A stretch of 64,000 nucleotides of DNA, taken from assembly GCA_963766735.1 (NCBI GenBank), contig CAVYBU010000008.1, positions 319,744 to 383,743 on the forward strand, in the 5' to 3' direction. The stretch comes from an uncultured Chloroflexia bacterium. GTDB lineage: Bacteria; Chloroflexota; Limnocylindria; Limnocylindrales; CSP1-4. Made by a program: the position numbers and the translations under genes. Under the pieces are notes generated by a model. It was not told where the DNA came from and made no database searches. It saw only the letters and a program-made list of their open reading frames with translations. How positions within the stretch are numbered: position 1 is the stretch's first letter; the number at the start of each line of letters is the position of its first letter. Positions 38,243-48,483 of the stretch are shown here, piece after piece.

Positions 38243-40264
38243 GTGGGACCCGCCGGGGCCGGCCGTATCTCCGCGCCGTTCGGGAGCTGGCCCTCGCCGA
38301 TCGACGTCGACCTGGTCGCGGGTGCCGCGATCGCGTTGGCCGAGCCGCAGCTGGACGGTGACGACGCCTTCTGGCTGGAGGGCCGCTCCACCGAGGGGGG
38401 CCGGCGAACGCTCATCCGGCACACACCGGACGGCGCGGCCCGGGAGCTGACCCCCGCGCCGTTCAACGTACGCAACGGCGTGCACGAGTACGGCGGCGGC
38501 TCGTACGCCGCGGACGGCGGGCGCATCGTGGCGTCCTCATTCGTTGACGGCCGGCTGTGGTCCATCGACCCCGATTGCGTGCGGCCCCCGGTGGCGATCA
38601 CGCCGGAAGGGCCGTGGCGGTACGCAGACCTGCGCTTCGACCCCGTCCGACCCGTGCTCTACGCGGTGCGTGAGACGCATGATCCCGCGCACGGCCACCC
38701 GTCCACGGTGCGGAACGACGTGGTGGCGATCGCGCTCGACGACCCGGCCTTGGACCCGGCCGACGGCGGCGGTTCCGGCGGCGCTGGATCCGGTGTCGTC
38801 CGCGTGCTCGTGGAGGGGCCCGACTTCGTGGCCTCACCCCGGACCTCGCCGGACGGCCTGCAGCTCGCCTGGCTGGAGTGGGACCACCCCGACATGCCGT
38901 GGGATGCGACGCGCCTGCGGGTCGCCGCGATCGCCGAGGATGGCTCGCTCGGCGAGGCGCGCACCGTCGCCGGCGGCCCCGGGACCTCCATCGTGCAGCC
39001 CGAGTGGTCGCGAGACGGCATTCTGCATTTCGTCTCCGACGAGTCGGCGTGGTGGAACCTGTACGCGTTCGACGGACCCGATCGCCTGGACGGCCCGGCC
39101 CGGAACCTTGCCCCGATGGACGCGGAGCTCGGCGACCCTGCGTGGGTCTTCGACCGGTCCTCGTACGCGTTCGCGGACAACGGCGAGATCCTGGCAATCG
39201 CGAGGGCAGACGGCGGCGATGGCCTGGTCCGCATTGCTCGCGACGGAGCCGTCACCAGGATCGACCTGCCGGCCACGGAGCTGGAGGGTCTCCGGGTTGC
39301 CGGCAGCCAGGCCCTGGTGGTGGCCGCCGGCCCGCACGATGGGGCCGTTCTCCTCCGCCTGGAGCCCGCGACGGGCGAGCCATCCGGCGTGCTCGCGCGC
39401 TCGATCTCGGCGTCTCTGGACACGGACGCGCTGCCGGCCGCCGAGCCGATCACGTTCCCAACGACCGGCGACGCCATCGCGCGCGCCCTCTTCTTCCCGC
39501 CGACCAGCGGTTCCTGCCGGGGCCTCGAGGGGGAGAGGCCGCCGCTCATCGTCCTGTCGCATGGCGGTCCGACATCGTCCGCCTCGTCTGCCCTGTCGCT
39601 GGACCGTGCGTTCTTCACGTCTCGCGGGATCGCCGTGGTGGACGTGGACTACCGCGGGTCCAACGGCTACGGGCGCCCATACCGGGACGCCCTCAAGGGA
39701 CAGTGGGGGATCGCGGACGTCGACGACTGCGTCGCGGCCGCCCGGTTCCTGGCCGACCGGGGCTCAGTGGACCCTGCCCGCATGGCGATCCGCGGCGGCA
39801 GCGCCGGCGGCTACACCACCCTTGCCGCGCTCACCTTCCGTCCCGAGGTCTTCGCCGCGGGGATCAGCCACTACGGGATCGCGGACCTGGAGCTCATCCA
39901 CGCCGACAGCCACAAGTTCGAGGCGCGCTACGAGGAGTCGCTCGTGGCGCCGTGGGACACGGGCCGGCAGGTCTACCGGGACCGCTCGCCGATCCACTTC
40001 CTTCATCGCGTGCGTGCCCCGATGCTCCTGTGCCAGGGCCTGGACGACAAGGTGGTCCCGCCGACGCAGTTGGACGCGATGGTCGCCGCGTTCACCGCGC
40101 GCGGCCTGCCCCACGTTGCCCTCACCTTCCAGGGCGAGGGTCATGGCTTCCGGCGGGCCGAGACGAAGCGTGCCGTCTACCGCGCCGAGCTCGCGTTCCT
40201 GGGCCGCGTCTTCGGCTTCACGCCGGCGGACGACATCGAGCCGATGGAGATTCCCGGCCTCTGA
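38243..40264 (+). CDS. S9 family (prolyl oligopeptidase-like) peptidase
   Basis: APFGSWPSPI, HGGPT, GGSAGG, DDKVVP, EGHGFRR. Confidence 0.92.
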   Translation: MGPAGAGRISAPFGSWPSPIDVDLVAGAAIALAEPQLDGDDAFWLEGRSTEGGRRTLIRHTPDGAARELTPAPFNVRNGVHEYGGGSYAADGGRIVASSFVDGRLWSIDPDCVRPPVAITPEGPWRYADLRFDPVRPVLYAVRETHDPAHGHPSTVRNDVVAIALDDPALDPADGGGSGGAGSGVVRVLVEGPDFVASPRTSPDGLQLAWLEWDHPDMPWDATRLRVAAIAEDGSLGEARTVAGGPGTSIVQPEWSRDGILHFVSDESAWWNLYAFDGPDRLDGPARNLAPMDAELGDPAWVFDRSSYAFADNGEILAIARADGGDGLVRIARDGAVTRIDLPATELEGLRVAGSQALVVAAGPHDGAVLLRLEPATGEPSGVLARSISASLDTDALPAAEPITFPTTGDAIARALFFPPTSGSCRGLEGERPPLIVLSHGGPTSSASSALSLDRAFFTSRGIAVVDVDYRGSNGYGRPYRDALKGQWGIADVDDCVAAARFLADRGSVDPARMAIRGGSAGGYTTLAALTFRPEVFAAGISHYGIADLELIHADSHKFEARYEESLVAPWDTGRQVYRDRSPIHFLHRVRAPMLLCQGLDDKVVPPTQLDAMVAAFTARGLPHVALTFQGEGHGFRRAETKRAVYRAELAFLGRVFGFTPADDIEPMEIPGL

Positions 40265-40345
40265 CGACACGCTCGATCTGATCCTGCGCACATGAAGCAG
40301 ATGGGCGAGTGGGCTATCGTCTCCCAGCTCGCGTAGGCGCGGCGA

Positions 40346-41551
40346 TCAGGGAGCGAGCAGGTCCCGAAGCGTATCAACGCCCCGCCGCACATCCGCGAAC
40401 GACGTCGTCAGCGGCGACAGGCCGAAGCGGATCACGTCGGGCTCGCGGAAGTCGGGGACCACGCCGCGTGCGATGAGCCGGGCGGTGAGCTCCCTGGCGT
40501 CCTGGTGGCGGATCGACACGTGTCCGCCACGCCGGTCTGGATCGCGCGGGCTGCCCAGCGAGCAGCCCAGGGGTGCGAGCTCGGCGTCCAGGAGCGCGAC
40601 CGCGTAGCCGGTGAGGGCCACGGACTTGGCACGGATCGACTCGATGCCGGCCTCCGCCGTGAGCGCGACGCCTTCGTCGACGCCCACGAGCGACAGGACG
40701 GGCGGCGACCCCACCAGCCAGCCTCCGATGCCGTCGCTCGGTTCGAACGTCGGGCCCATCAGGAACTGCTCGCGCTGGGCGAACCAGCCCCGGATGGGCG
40801 GGCGCAGCCGGCCCTGCAGCCGCGGCGCGACATACAGGAACGCCGGCGACCCCGGGCCACCGTTGAGGTACTTGTAGGTGCACCCAACCGCGAGGCCGAC
40901 GTCGCGCGCGCCCAGGTTCACCGGGATCGCGCCGGCCGCGTGTGACAGGTCCCAGACGACGTGCGCTCCGGCGTGCCGCGCCGCCGCTTCCACGCTGTCC
41001 AGGTCCACGATCGCGGCAGACCGGTAGTTGACCAGCGACAGCAGCACGAGCGCGACGTCGCCGTCGAGCGCCTCCTCCACCTCGCGGGCCGACACGCCGT
41101 CCACCGGGTCGCCGTCCAGCCAGCGGATCGACAGGTCCCGGGCCGCCGCCAATCCCTCGAGGACGTACCGGTCGGTGGGGAAGTCGTCCCGTGCGGCGAT
41201 GATCACCCGGCGCCCCGGCCGGTCGTCGAGTGCGGCGGTCGCGACCCGGTACAGGTTGACGGTGGTGGAATCGGTCACGGCCACGGTGCCCGGCTCCGCT
41301 CCCAGCACGCCCTTGGCCAGGGCATCGCCAAGGCGCAGGGGAAGGTCCAGCCAGTGGTCCCACGCGCCGACCAGCTCGCCGGCCCACTCGCCGGCGGTGC
41401 GTGCCAGGCGCTCCAGCGACCGTTTCGATGGTCGTCCCAGGGAGTTCCCGTCCAGGTACACGAGATCCGGATCGTTCACGACGAAGCGCTCGCGGAACGG
41501 GGCCAGGGGGTCGGCGGCGTCGAGCGGCGCCGGGTCGAACAAGGTCTGCAT
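40346..41551 (-). CDS. kynU: Kynureninase
   Basis: YLDGNSLG, DFPTDRY, WDLSHAAG, GCTYKYLNGGPGSP. Confidence 0.9.
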   Translation of the reverse strand: MQTLFDPAPLDAADPLAPFRERFVVNDPDLVYLDGNSLGRPSKRSLERLARTAGEWAGELVGAWDHWLDLPLRLGDALAKGVLGAEPGTVAVTDSTTVNLYRVATAALDDRPGRRVIIAARDDFPTDRYVLEGLAAARDLSIRWLDGDPVDGVSAREVEEALDGDVALVLLSLVNYRSAAIVDLDSVEAAARHAGAHVVWDLSHAAGAIPVNLGARDVGLAVGCTYKYLNGGPGSPAFLYVAPRLQGRLRPPIRGWFAQREQFLMGPTFEPSDGIGGWLVGSPPVLSLVGVDEGVALTAEAGIESIRAKSVALTGYAVALLDAELAPLGCSLGSPRDPDRRGGHVSIRHQDARELTARLIARGVVPDFREPDVIRFGLSPLTTSFADVRRGVDTLRDLLAP

Positions 41552-41637
41552 GGTCACCGCATCGTACCCGGCTTGGGGGCGGGAGCCGGTGGTAACCTCG
41601 CCCGGACCAGCCCGATCCGCCAACTTCCCGGAGCACC

Positions 41638-42816
41638 ATGAGCATCGTCGACTCGGACCGATACCTGTTCACCTCGGAGTCGGTCACCGAGGGCCACCCG
41701 GACAAGATGTGCGACCAGATCTCGGACGCCATCCTGGATCGGATCCTCGAGGATGATCCCGACGCCCGCGTGGCCTGCGAGACCGCGACGACCACGGGCC
41801 TGGTGCTGGTCCTGGGCGAGATCACCACCTCGACCTACGTGGACTTCCAGGAGGTGGTCCGCAACACGGTGCGCGACATCGGCTACACGAAGGCCGACTA
41901 CGGGTTCGACTACCTGACCTGCGGCACCCTGGTCAGCGTCAAGGAGCAGTCGCCGGACATCGCGCAGGGCGTGGACGGCTCGGAGCTGGGCGCCGGCGAC
42001 CAGGGGATGATGTTCGGGTACGCGTGCCGCGAGACTCCCGAGCTGATGCCGCTCCCCATCGCGCTGGCGCACCGGATGGCCCGCCGCATGGCCGAGGCCC
42101 GCAAGTCCGGCCAGCTCCCGTACCTGCGCCCGGACGGCAAGACCCAGGTCACCGTGGAGTACGAGCGCGGCGTGCCGAAGCGCGTGCAGACGGTCGTCGC
42201 CTCCGCGCAGCACGATCCGGACGTCCGCCACGAGCGGATCGAGTCCGACCTCATCGAGTGCGTGATCCTGCCGGTGATCCCGGCCGAGCTCCGGATCGAG
42301 GATCCGGTCATGCATGTGAACCCGACCGGCCGGTTCGTGACGGGCGGGCCGATGGGCGACGCGGGGCTCACGGGTCGCAAGATCATCGTCGACTCGTATG
42401 GCGGCATGGCCCGCCACGGCGGCGGCGCGTTCTCCGGCAAGGACCCGACGAAGGTCGATCGCTCGGCGGCCTACGCGGCACGCTGGGTGGCCAAGAACGT
42501 CGTGGCCGCCGGGATCGCGGACCGGTTCGAGCTCGAGCTGGCCTACGGGATCGGCATCGCGAAGCCCATCTCGCTCTCGATCGAGACGTTCGGGACGGGC
42601 GCAATCGATGACGAGCGCATCCAGGCGCTGGTGGAGGCACATTTCGACCTCCGCCCGGCCTCGATCATCGAGGCGCTGGACCTCCGCCGTCCGATCTACC
42701 GGCAGACGGCTGCGTACGGGCACTTCGGCCGCGAGGACCTCGACGTGCCGTGGGAGCGGACCGACAAGGCCGCGGCGCTCGCCGCCGACGCGGGGCTGCC
42801 GGTCCCGGAGCTCTAG
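41638..42816 (+). CDS. metK: S-adenosylmethionine synthetase
   Basis: [35 protein letters not shown]. Confidence 0.98.
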   Translation: MSIVDSDRYLFTSESVTEGHPDKMCDQISDAILDRILEDDPDARVACETATTTGLVLVLGEITTSTYVDFQEVVRNTVRDIGYTKADYGFDYLTCGTLVSVKEQSPDIAQGVDGSELGAGDQGMMFGYACRETPELMPLPIALAHRMARRMAEARKSGQLPYLRPDGKTQVTVEYERGVPKRVQTVVASAQHDPDVRHERIESDLIECVILPVIPAELRIEDPVMHVNPTGRFVTGGPMGDAGLTGRKIIVDSYGGMARHGGGAFSGKDPTKVDRSAAYAARWVAKNVVAAGIADRFELELAYGIGIAKPISLSIETFGTGAIDDERIQALVEAHFDLRPASIIEALDLRRPIYRQTAAYGHFGREDLDVPWERTDKAAALAADAGLPVPEL

Positions 42817-42818
42817 GA

Positions 42819-42836
42819 CCGGGGTTCCTGCCCCGG
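42819..42836. terminator. Possible hairpin terminator between convergent metK and potC
   Basis: CCGGGG-ttcctg-CCCCGG; no U-tract. Confidence 0.3.
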
Positions 42837-42858
42837 CCCCTCCACGCCGGTCCGGCCG

Positions 42859-43800
42859 CTAGGTCCGCTCCGCGATCATCCCCGCCATGCCGCCGGTCTG
42901 GCCGCCGCCGCTCCGGCGGGAGCTCCACGTCAGCAGGACCTGCCCGATCACGAGCATGGCCAGGGTCACCGCCAGCATCATCGTGGCCACCGCGTTTGTC
43001 TCGGGGGATACCCCGCGCTTCACCTGGCCGAAGACGAAGATCGGCAGGGTGGACGAGCCGGGCCCAGAGACGAACGAGGTGATCACGTAGTCGTCGAAGC
43101 TGAAGGTGAACGACAGGAGGAACCCGGCCACGATCGCCGGCAGCAGCTGGGGGAACGTGATCTGCCTGAAGGTCCGCCAGGGCGTGGCGTAGAGGTCGAA
43201 GGACGCCTCGACGTGGGTCCGGTCCATACCCGACAGCCGCGCGCGGACCAGGAGCAGCACGATGCTGATGTTGAACAGCATGTGCGCCGCGATGATCGTC
43301 GGGATCCCCATCTGCAGCCGCAGGTCGGTCGCGTCGTTGATGATCCCGAACGTGGACGCGAACAGGATCAGCGTGGACAGGGCGATGACGATCTCGGGAA
43401 CGATGATCGACGTGTACGTGAGGGCGTCGAAGCCGATGCGCATCCGCTTCCCGACCCGCTGGAGGCCGAGAGCCGCCATCGTCCCGAAGGCCGTTGAGAG
43501 GATCGCGGTGGGCAGGGCGACCGAGAAGCTGTTCTGGAGGGCCCCGATGACCACCTGGTCGCCGAGCGCCTTGGCATACCAGTCAAGGGAGAACCCGGTC
43601 CAGATCGTCGCCAGGCGGTTGGCGTTGAAGCTGAACAGGACGACGACGATCACGGGGAGGTAGAGGAACGTGTACACGAGCGTGGTATGGATCCGCAGCC
43701 ACGCCTCGACCACACCGCCCCAGTGATCCACCCCGGACCGTGCCCGCGGGGGACGAGCGGCGGCCTTTGCGCCGGAGACGGGGACGGCAGGCGCCGTCAA
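42859..43800 (-). CDS. potC: Polyamine ABC transporter permease PotC-like
   Basis: FLYLP...SFN, VPEIV, FTFSFDDYVIT. Confidence 0.88.
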   Translation of the reverse strand: MTAPAVPVSGAKAAARPPRARSGVDHWGGVVEAWLRIHTTLVYTFLYLPVIVVVLFSFNANRLATIWTGFSLDWYAKALGDQVVIGALQNSFSVALPTAILSTAFGTMAALGLQRVGKRMRIGFDALTYTSIIVPEIVIALSTLILFASTFGIINDATDLRLQMGIPTIIAAHMLFNISIVLLLVRARLSGMDRTHVEASFDLYATPWRTFRQITFPQLLPAIVAGFLLSFTFSFDDYVITSFVSGPGSSTLPIFVFGQVKRGVSPETNAVATMMLAVTLAMLVIGQVLLTWSSRRSGGGQTGGMAGMIAERT

Positions 43801-43810
43801 AGCCGGGCCC

Positions 43811-44725
43811 TCACAGGACGCTCACCTCGCGGCCCTGCCGGCCGCGGTTCATGAACCAGACGTAGGAGGCCACGGTGACCAGCATCATGAGGATCAGGGC
43901 GACTGCCATCGCGGACCCGAACGGCCAGTTGCGCGTCTGGATGAACGCGTCCACGAGGGCGTTGCCCATGAGGAACGTCCGTCCGTAGCCCAGGATGGCG
44001 GGGATGACGTACTCGCCCATCATCGGGATGAACACGAGGATGCTGCCGGTGATCAGGCCGGGCAGCGCGATAGGCAGGGTGATCTGCCGGAAGGTCGCCC
44101 AGCGGGCCGCCCCGAGATCCTTGGACGCCTCGACGAGCGTCCGGTCCATCCGCTCCAGGGTGACGTAGAGCGGGAAGACCATCAACGGCAGGTAGCCGTA
44201 GACGAGGCCCAGGAGGACGGCGAACGGGGTCCCGAGGATACGGAAGTCCGGGTCACCGATGACCGTGCCGATCAGCCCGCCGATGTTGTCCTTGCCCAGG
44301 ATGATCAACCAGGAGTAGGTGCGGATCAGGAAGCTCGTCCAGAACGGGATCACGAGCATCAGGATCAGCAGGCCCTTGCGCTTCCGCGCCCGGGTGGCGA
44401 TGAAGTACGCCAGCGGCAGCCCCACCAGGAGGCAGCCGACGGTGCCCGCGACCGCCATCCAGAGCGAGGTGATGAGCGGCTCGAGACGCTGCGGCTGGGT
44501 GACCAGCTTGATGTAGTTGTCAAAGGTGAATGCGGGGTCGTAGCCGCCGTTCTTGGCCCGGACCCCGAAGCTGAACACCGTTACGAGGACGAGAGGCGCG
44601 ACGAGCAGCACGAAGTACCACAGGCCCGCCGGGAGGACGAGCACGGTGGTCAGGAGGGTGGACGCGCCGCGCCGCCCTCCTGCCGTGGCTGCCTCGGGCT
44701 TCTCCGTCGCCGTCGCCGTCGCCAT
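43811..44725 (-). CDS. potB: Polyamine ABC transporter permease PotB-like
   Basis: PFWTSFLIRTYSW, EASKDLGA, NWPFGSA. Confidence 0.88.
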   Translation of the reverse strand: MATATATEKPEAATAGGRRGASTLLTTVLVLPAGLWYFVLLVAPLVLVTVFSFGVRAKNGGYDPAFTFDNYIKLVTQPQRLEPLITSLWMAVAGTVGCLLVGLPLAYFIATRARKRKGLLILMLVIPFWTSFLIRTYSWLIILGKDNIGGLIGTVIGDPDFRILGTPFAVLLGLVYGYLPLMVFPLYVTLERMDRTLVEASKDLGAARWATFRQITLPIALPGLITGSILVFIPMMGEYVIPAILGYGRTFLMGNALVDAFIQTRNWPFGSAMAVALILMMLVTVASYVWFMNRGRQGREVSVL

Positions 44726-44748
44726 CGTCGCTGTCGATCAGGTGTGCG

Positions 44749-45948
44749 TCAGCCGCCGATCTTGGACTTGAACTCCTGCCAGATCTCGATTCGCTGCTCG
44801 TTGCTGGAGGTGTCCACGGCGCCTTCGAGGTTCTGCATCGCCGCCTCCGAGGGGAAGTACGCCTCGTCGGCCAGGATCTCCGGGTCGATGTACTTCTTGG
44901 CCTCGTCGTTGGGCGTGCCGTAGCCGTTGTAGTTGGTCTCTTCAGCCTGGATCTCGGGCTCATGGATGAAGTTCAGGAAGGCATAGGCGGCGTTCGGGTT
45001 GGGTGCGTCCTTCAGCATGACCCAGGTGTCGAGCCAGAACAGGGTTCCCTCGGACGGGACCGCATAGGCGACGTCGGCCGTGGCGGGATCATCCCGTAGC
45101 TCCGTCATGCCGCCCGTCCAGGACAGGGCCATCACGGCCTCCTCGCTGGCGAGCTTGAGCTGGTACGTGTCGGAGTCCAGGGCCAGGACGTGGGGTGCCA
45201 GGTCCAGGAGGATCTTGCGCGCCTCTTCGAGGTCCGCCGGATCGGTGGAGTTGAGCGACTTGCCCATCATCTTGAGCGGCATCACGAACACGTCGCCCAT
45301 CGAGTCCACGACGACGACCTTGCCCGAGTACTTGCCTGTCGCGAGGTCGAAGAACTCCTTCCAGGAGGTCAGCGGTTCCTCGACCAGCTTGCTCCGATAG
45401 AGGATGCCGGTGGTGCCGTAGTTCTTGGGCAGCTGGTACTCGTCGTTCGGGTCCCACGCGAGGCCCTTGAACGCGGACTCGATGTACTTCTGGTTCGGGA
45501 TCCGGCTCCAGTCCAGCTTCTGGAGGTAGCCACCCTCGACCATCGCGGGAACGTACTCCGCGGTCGGCACCGCGATGTCGTAGCCGCCGGCTCCGGCCTG
45601 CAGCTTGGCGAGAAGCTCCTCGTTGTTGGCGAACGTGTCGTACTGGAACTTCTCCACCCCGAAGTCCTGCTTGAACTTCTCGATGTTGTCCGGGGCGATG
45701 TAGTCGGACCAGTTGTAGACGTACAGCTCCTTCTCGATGTCGCCGACCGGAGCTGCGGTCGGGCCGTCGCCGGCGCTCGGTGCAGCCGTCGCCGCACCAG
45801 CCGTCGCGGCGGCCGTGGCTCCGCTGCTCCCACCGCAGGCCGCGAGCGCCGCGCTGCCGCCGACCAGCCCCGCGGCCGCCATGAAGCCGCGCCGCGACAC
45901 CCGTGTCTGGGTCGCCCGCCGCAGGATGTCGTCCAGGTTCTCTGCCAT
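44749..45948 (-). CDS. potD: Polyamine ABC transporter substrate-binding lipoprotein (Tat signal)
   Basis: SRRGFM...LAAC; YNWSDYI, NEELLAKL; AGGAGGAG SD. Confidence 0.88.
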   Translation of the reverse strand: MAENLDDILRRATQTRVSRRGFMAAAGLVGGSAALAACGGSSGATAAATAGAATAAPSAGDGPTAAPVGDIEKELYVYNWSDYIAPDNIEKFKQDFGVEKFQYDTFANNEELLAKLQAGAGGYDIAVPTAEYVPAMVEGGYLQKLDWSRIPNQKYIESAFKGLAWDPNDEYQLPKNYGTTGILYRSKLVEEPLTSWKEFFDLATGKYSGKVVVVDSMGDVFVMPLKMMGKSLNSTDPADLEEARKILLDLAPHVLALDSDTYQLKLASEEAVMALSWTGGMTELRDDPATADVAYAVPSEGTLFWLDTWVMLKDAPNPNAAYAFLNFIHEPEIQAEETNYNGYGTPNDEAKKYIDPEILADEAYFPSEAAMQNLEGAVDTSSNEQRIEIWQEFKSKIGG

Positions 45949-45986
45949 GTCTCCTCCTCCAGGTGTCCGGCCGTGGGGTGAGCTCG

Positions 45987-47144
45987 TCACGCGACGAGGA
46001 TGAGGTTCGCTGAATCCTCCCAGCGGATGACGACGGGATCGCCGGGACCGATCCCGGCCACACCGGTGGCACCGTCCGAGTTCTGGCGCCGCGAGACCAC
46101 CTCGCCGGCCACGTCGGTGGCGATCCGGAACTCGGTCTCGTCGCCGAGATACGTTCCCTGGTGGACACGCCCCTCGATGCTCGTCCAGCCGTCCCCGACG
46201 GGCTGCGCGTGCGCCGCGGCCTCCACCCGCATCCGCTCGGGGCGGATCGCGATGACGACCCGGGCGCCCGGCGCGGGCCGTGCGGCAGGGTCGGTGACCA
46301 CGCCCGCGAGCCGGAGCCCGGTGTCGGCCTGGACGAGGCCCCGGCCGGTGGCCGGGTCGTGCTCGAGGAGGGCGCCCTCGATCGGGTTCGAGACGCCGAT
46401 GAAGTCGGCCACGAACCGGTTGATCGGCCGCTCGTAGAGCTCCGTCGGCCGGCCCTGCTGCTGGATGCGGCCGTGCTGCATGACCACGATGGTGTCGCTC
46501 ATGGTCAGGGCCTCCTCCTGGTCGTGGGTCACGTACACGAACGTGATCCCGACCTCCTGCTGGAGGGCCTTGAGCTCGAGCTGCATCTCCTTGCGGAGCT
46601 TGAGGTCGAGCGCCCCGAGGGGCTCGTCGAGGAGCAGCACGGTCGGGTGGTTGATCAGGGCCCGGGCAAGCGCGACGCGCTGCTGCTGGCCACCCGACAT
46701 CTCCCAGGTGCGGCGCTGCTCGTAGCCCGCGAGGCGGACGAGCTCGAGGGCCTCGCCCACGCGGCGGGTCTCGTCCGCCTTGGTGGAGCCCTTCCTCTGG
46801 CGCAGGCCGTAGCCCACGTTCTGGGCCACGTTCATGTGCGGGAACAGGGCGTAGTGCTGGAAGACCGTGTTGACGCTCCGGCGGTAGGGCGGCACGCCGG
46901 CGACCGGCTCGCCCGCGAGGTAGATCTCGCCGCTGGTGGGCTGCTCGAAGCCCGCGATCATCCGCAGGGTCGTGGTCTTGCCGCAGCCCGACGGGCCCAG
47001 GAAGGAGTAGAAGGATCCGCGCTCGACCGAGAGGTCCATCGCGTCCACCGCGGTCACCGCGCCGAACCGCTTGGTGACGTTCGCGATCCGGACGTCCGGG
47101 ACATCGGCCACCGGCTGCGGCTGGGAGATCGTTGAATCCGTCAT
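45987..47144 (-). CDS. potA: Polyamine ABC transporter ATPase PotA-like (possible TTG start at 47159)
   Basis: GPSGCGKTT, MSGGQQQR, LLLDEPLGALD, TOBE C-terminus. Confidence 0.92.
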   Translation of the reverse strand: MTDSTISQPQPVADVPDVRIANVTKRFGAVTAVDAMDLSVERGSFYSFLGPSGCGKTTTLRMIAGFEQPTSGEIYLAGEPVAGVPPYRRSVNTVFQHYALFPHMNVAQNVGYGLRQRKGSTKADETRRVGEALELVRLAGYEQRRTWEMSGGQQQRVALARALINHPTVLLLDEPLGALDLKLRKEMQLELKALQQEVGITFVYVTHDQEEALTMSDTIVVMQHGRIQQQGRPTELYERPINRFVADFIGVSNPIEGALLEHDPATGRGLVQADTGLRLAGVVTDPAARPAPGARVVIAIRPERMRVEAAAHAQPVGDGWTSIEGRVHQGTYLGDETEFRIATDVAGEVVSRRQNSDGATGVAGIGPGDPVVIRWEDSANLILVA

Positions 47145-47217
47145 GGTCGACGTCGTCAAACGTGAGTCCTCGTCTCGGCGCGTGATCCGCGGCGGCGCTC
47201 CTCCGCCCGATTGCCGG

Positions 47218-47246
47218 ATGGTACGTAGCCCGGCCACTCGCGTCAA
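47218..47246 (-). promoter_or_regulatory. Sigma-70 promoter of the pot operon
   Basis: Minus strand TTGACG-17 bp-TACCAT. Confidence 0.7.
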
Positions 47247-47266
47247 CGCAGGATTGGCTCTTGAGC

Positions 47267-47310
47267 TGCGAAGTTCGCACCCAGATGGGGCGCCAACCGC
47301 GAGATTCGCA
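47267..47310. promoter_or_regulatory. Candidate operator palindromes upstream of the pot promoter
   Basis: TGCGAA-G-TTCGCA (47267-47279) and the related CGCGAG-A-TTCGCA (47298-47310), 31 bp apart. Confidence 0.5.
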
Positions 47311-47397
47311 GATTGCACGAAACCGCCACGCGCGAGATGTGGCCCGCCCAAAGCTGGTGCTCCCGGGTGGCGTGCGTCGCAACCTACAATGCGCGCG

Positions 47398-48483
47398 ATG
47401 TACGTCGTGATCATGGCCGGCGGAGGCGGGACCCGCCTGCGTCCGCTCAGCACAGCCGCCCGTCCGAAGCCCTTCCAGCCCCTCCTCCCGACCGGCGAGA
47501 CGCTGCTCCAGCGCACCATCGCCCGCCTCCGAGGGCCGGAGATGGACCTCGGGGACAGGGACATCTTCGTGGTGGCATCGGCGGCCTATGCGCCCCTCGT
47601 CCGGGCGCAGGCACCGGGCGTCACCCTGGTGGTCGAGCCCGAGGGGCGGAACACGGCCGCGGCGATCGCGCTGGCTGCGCTGGCGGTGGACCGCGACGCG
47701 GACGACGTGATGGTCGTTCTTCCGGCCGACCACCGGATCGACCCGGACCGGGAGGCGCTCTTCCGGTCCGTCCTGCGCGCGGCCGCGGAGGGCCTGTCGA
47801 CCGGGGTGTTCGGCGTCGAGTCGCCGCTCGTCACCCTCGGCATCCGGCCCACGCACCCGTCCACGCAGTACGGCTACCTTGTCCCGCGCCTGGAAGCGGG
47901 CGAGGACATCGGGGGCCTTCGCGCCTACCCCCTGGCCGCCTTCCGGGAGAAGCCTGGCCCGGCCGACGCGGCCGCGCTGGTCGCCTCCCCCGGCGTCGCC
48001 TGGAACGCGGGCATGTTCCTGTGGCGGCGGCGGGCGATCCGGGCGGCGCTGGAGCGTCATGCGCCGGACGTTCTCGATGGCGTGGCGGCCGGGCTCGCGG
48101 CCGGCAACCTGGCCGCGGCGTATCCCCTCCTGCCCTCCCGCTCCATCGACTACGCGGTGATGGAGCCCGCCGGCGCCGCGGGCGCGGTGGTGATGGCCGG
48201 CCTGGACGTCGGCTGGAGCGACATCGGTACCTGGCCGGCGCTGCTGGACGCGCTGGGTGCGCCCGGCATGGACGGCGCCGTCGTCGAGGGCGGCGAGACG
48301 GTCGGGACGTCCGACGGCGACCTGCTGGTGGAGCGCGGGCCCCACGGCCTTTCCGTCCGCGAGACGGCGGCGGGTACGATCACCCTCGACGATCCCACCG
48401 CCCTGCTGCGGGGGGCGAGCGACGCACGACCGGTCGTGCAGGCGCTCCTGGATCGATGCTCTGAAGCGGAGGCCCGTGCGTGA
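47398..48483 (+). CDS. manC: Mannose-1-phosphate guanylyltransferase-like sugar-phosphate nucleotidyltransferase
   Basis: VIMAGGGGTRLRPLS...PKPF, EPEGRNTA, PADH, FREKP, WNAGMF, SIDYAVME, WSDIGTW. Confidence 0.88.
   Translation: MYVVIMAGGGGTRLRPLSTAARPKPFQPLLPTGETLLQRTIARLRGPEMDLGDRDIFVVASAAYAPLVRAQAPGVTLVVEPEGRNTAAAIALAALAVDRDADDVMVVLPADHRIDPDREALFRSVLRAAAEGLSTGVFGVESPLVTLGIRPTHPSTQYGYLVPRLEAGEDIGGLRAYPLAAFREKPGPADAAALVASPGVAWNAGMFLWRRRAIRAALERHAPDVLDGVAAGLAAGNLAAAYPLLPSRSIDYAVMEPAGAAGAVVMAGLDVGWSDIGTWPALLDALGAPGMDGAVVEGGETVGTSDGDLLVERGPHGLSVRETAAGTITLDDPTALLRGASDARPVVQALLDRCSEAEARA

Noticed and set aside
41552-41637. SAM or SAH riboswitch upstream of metK (or ahcY)
   Set aside because: The 86-bp divergent region shows only -10-like boxes and no SAM-I/II/IV or SAH consensus; ahcY has no leader because it overlaps the upstream gene
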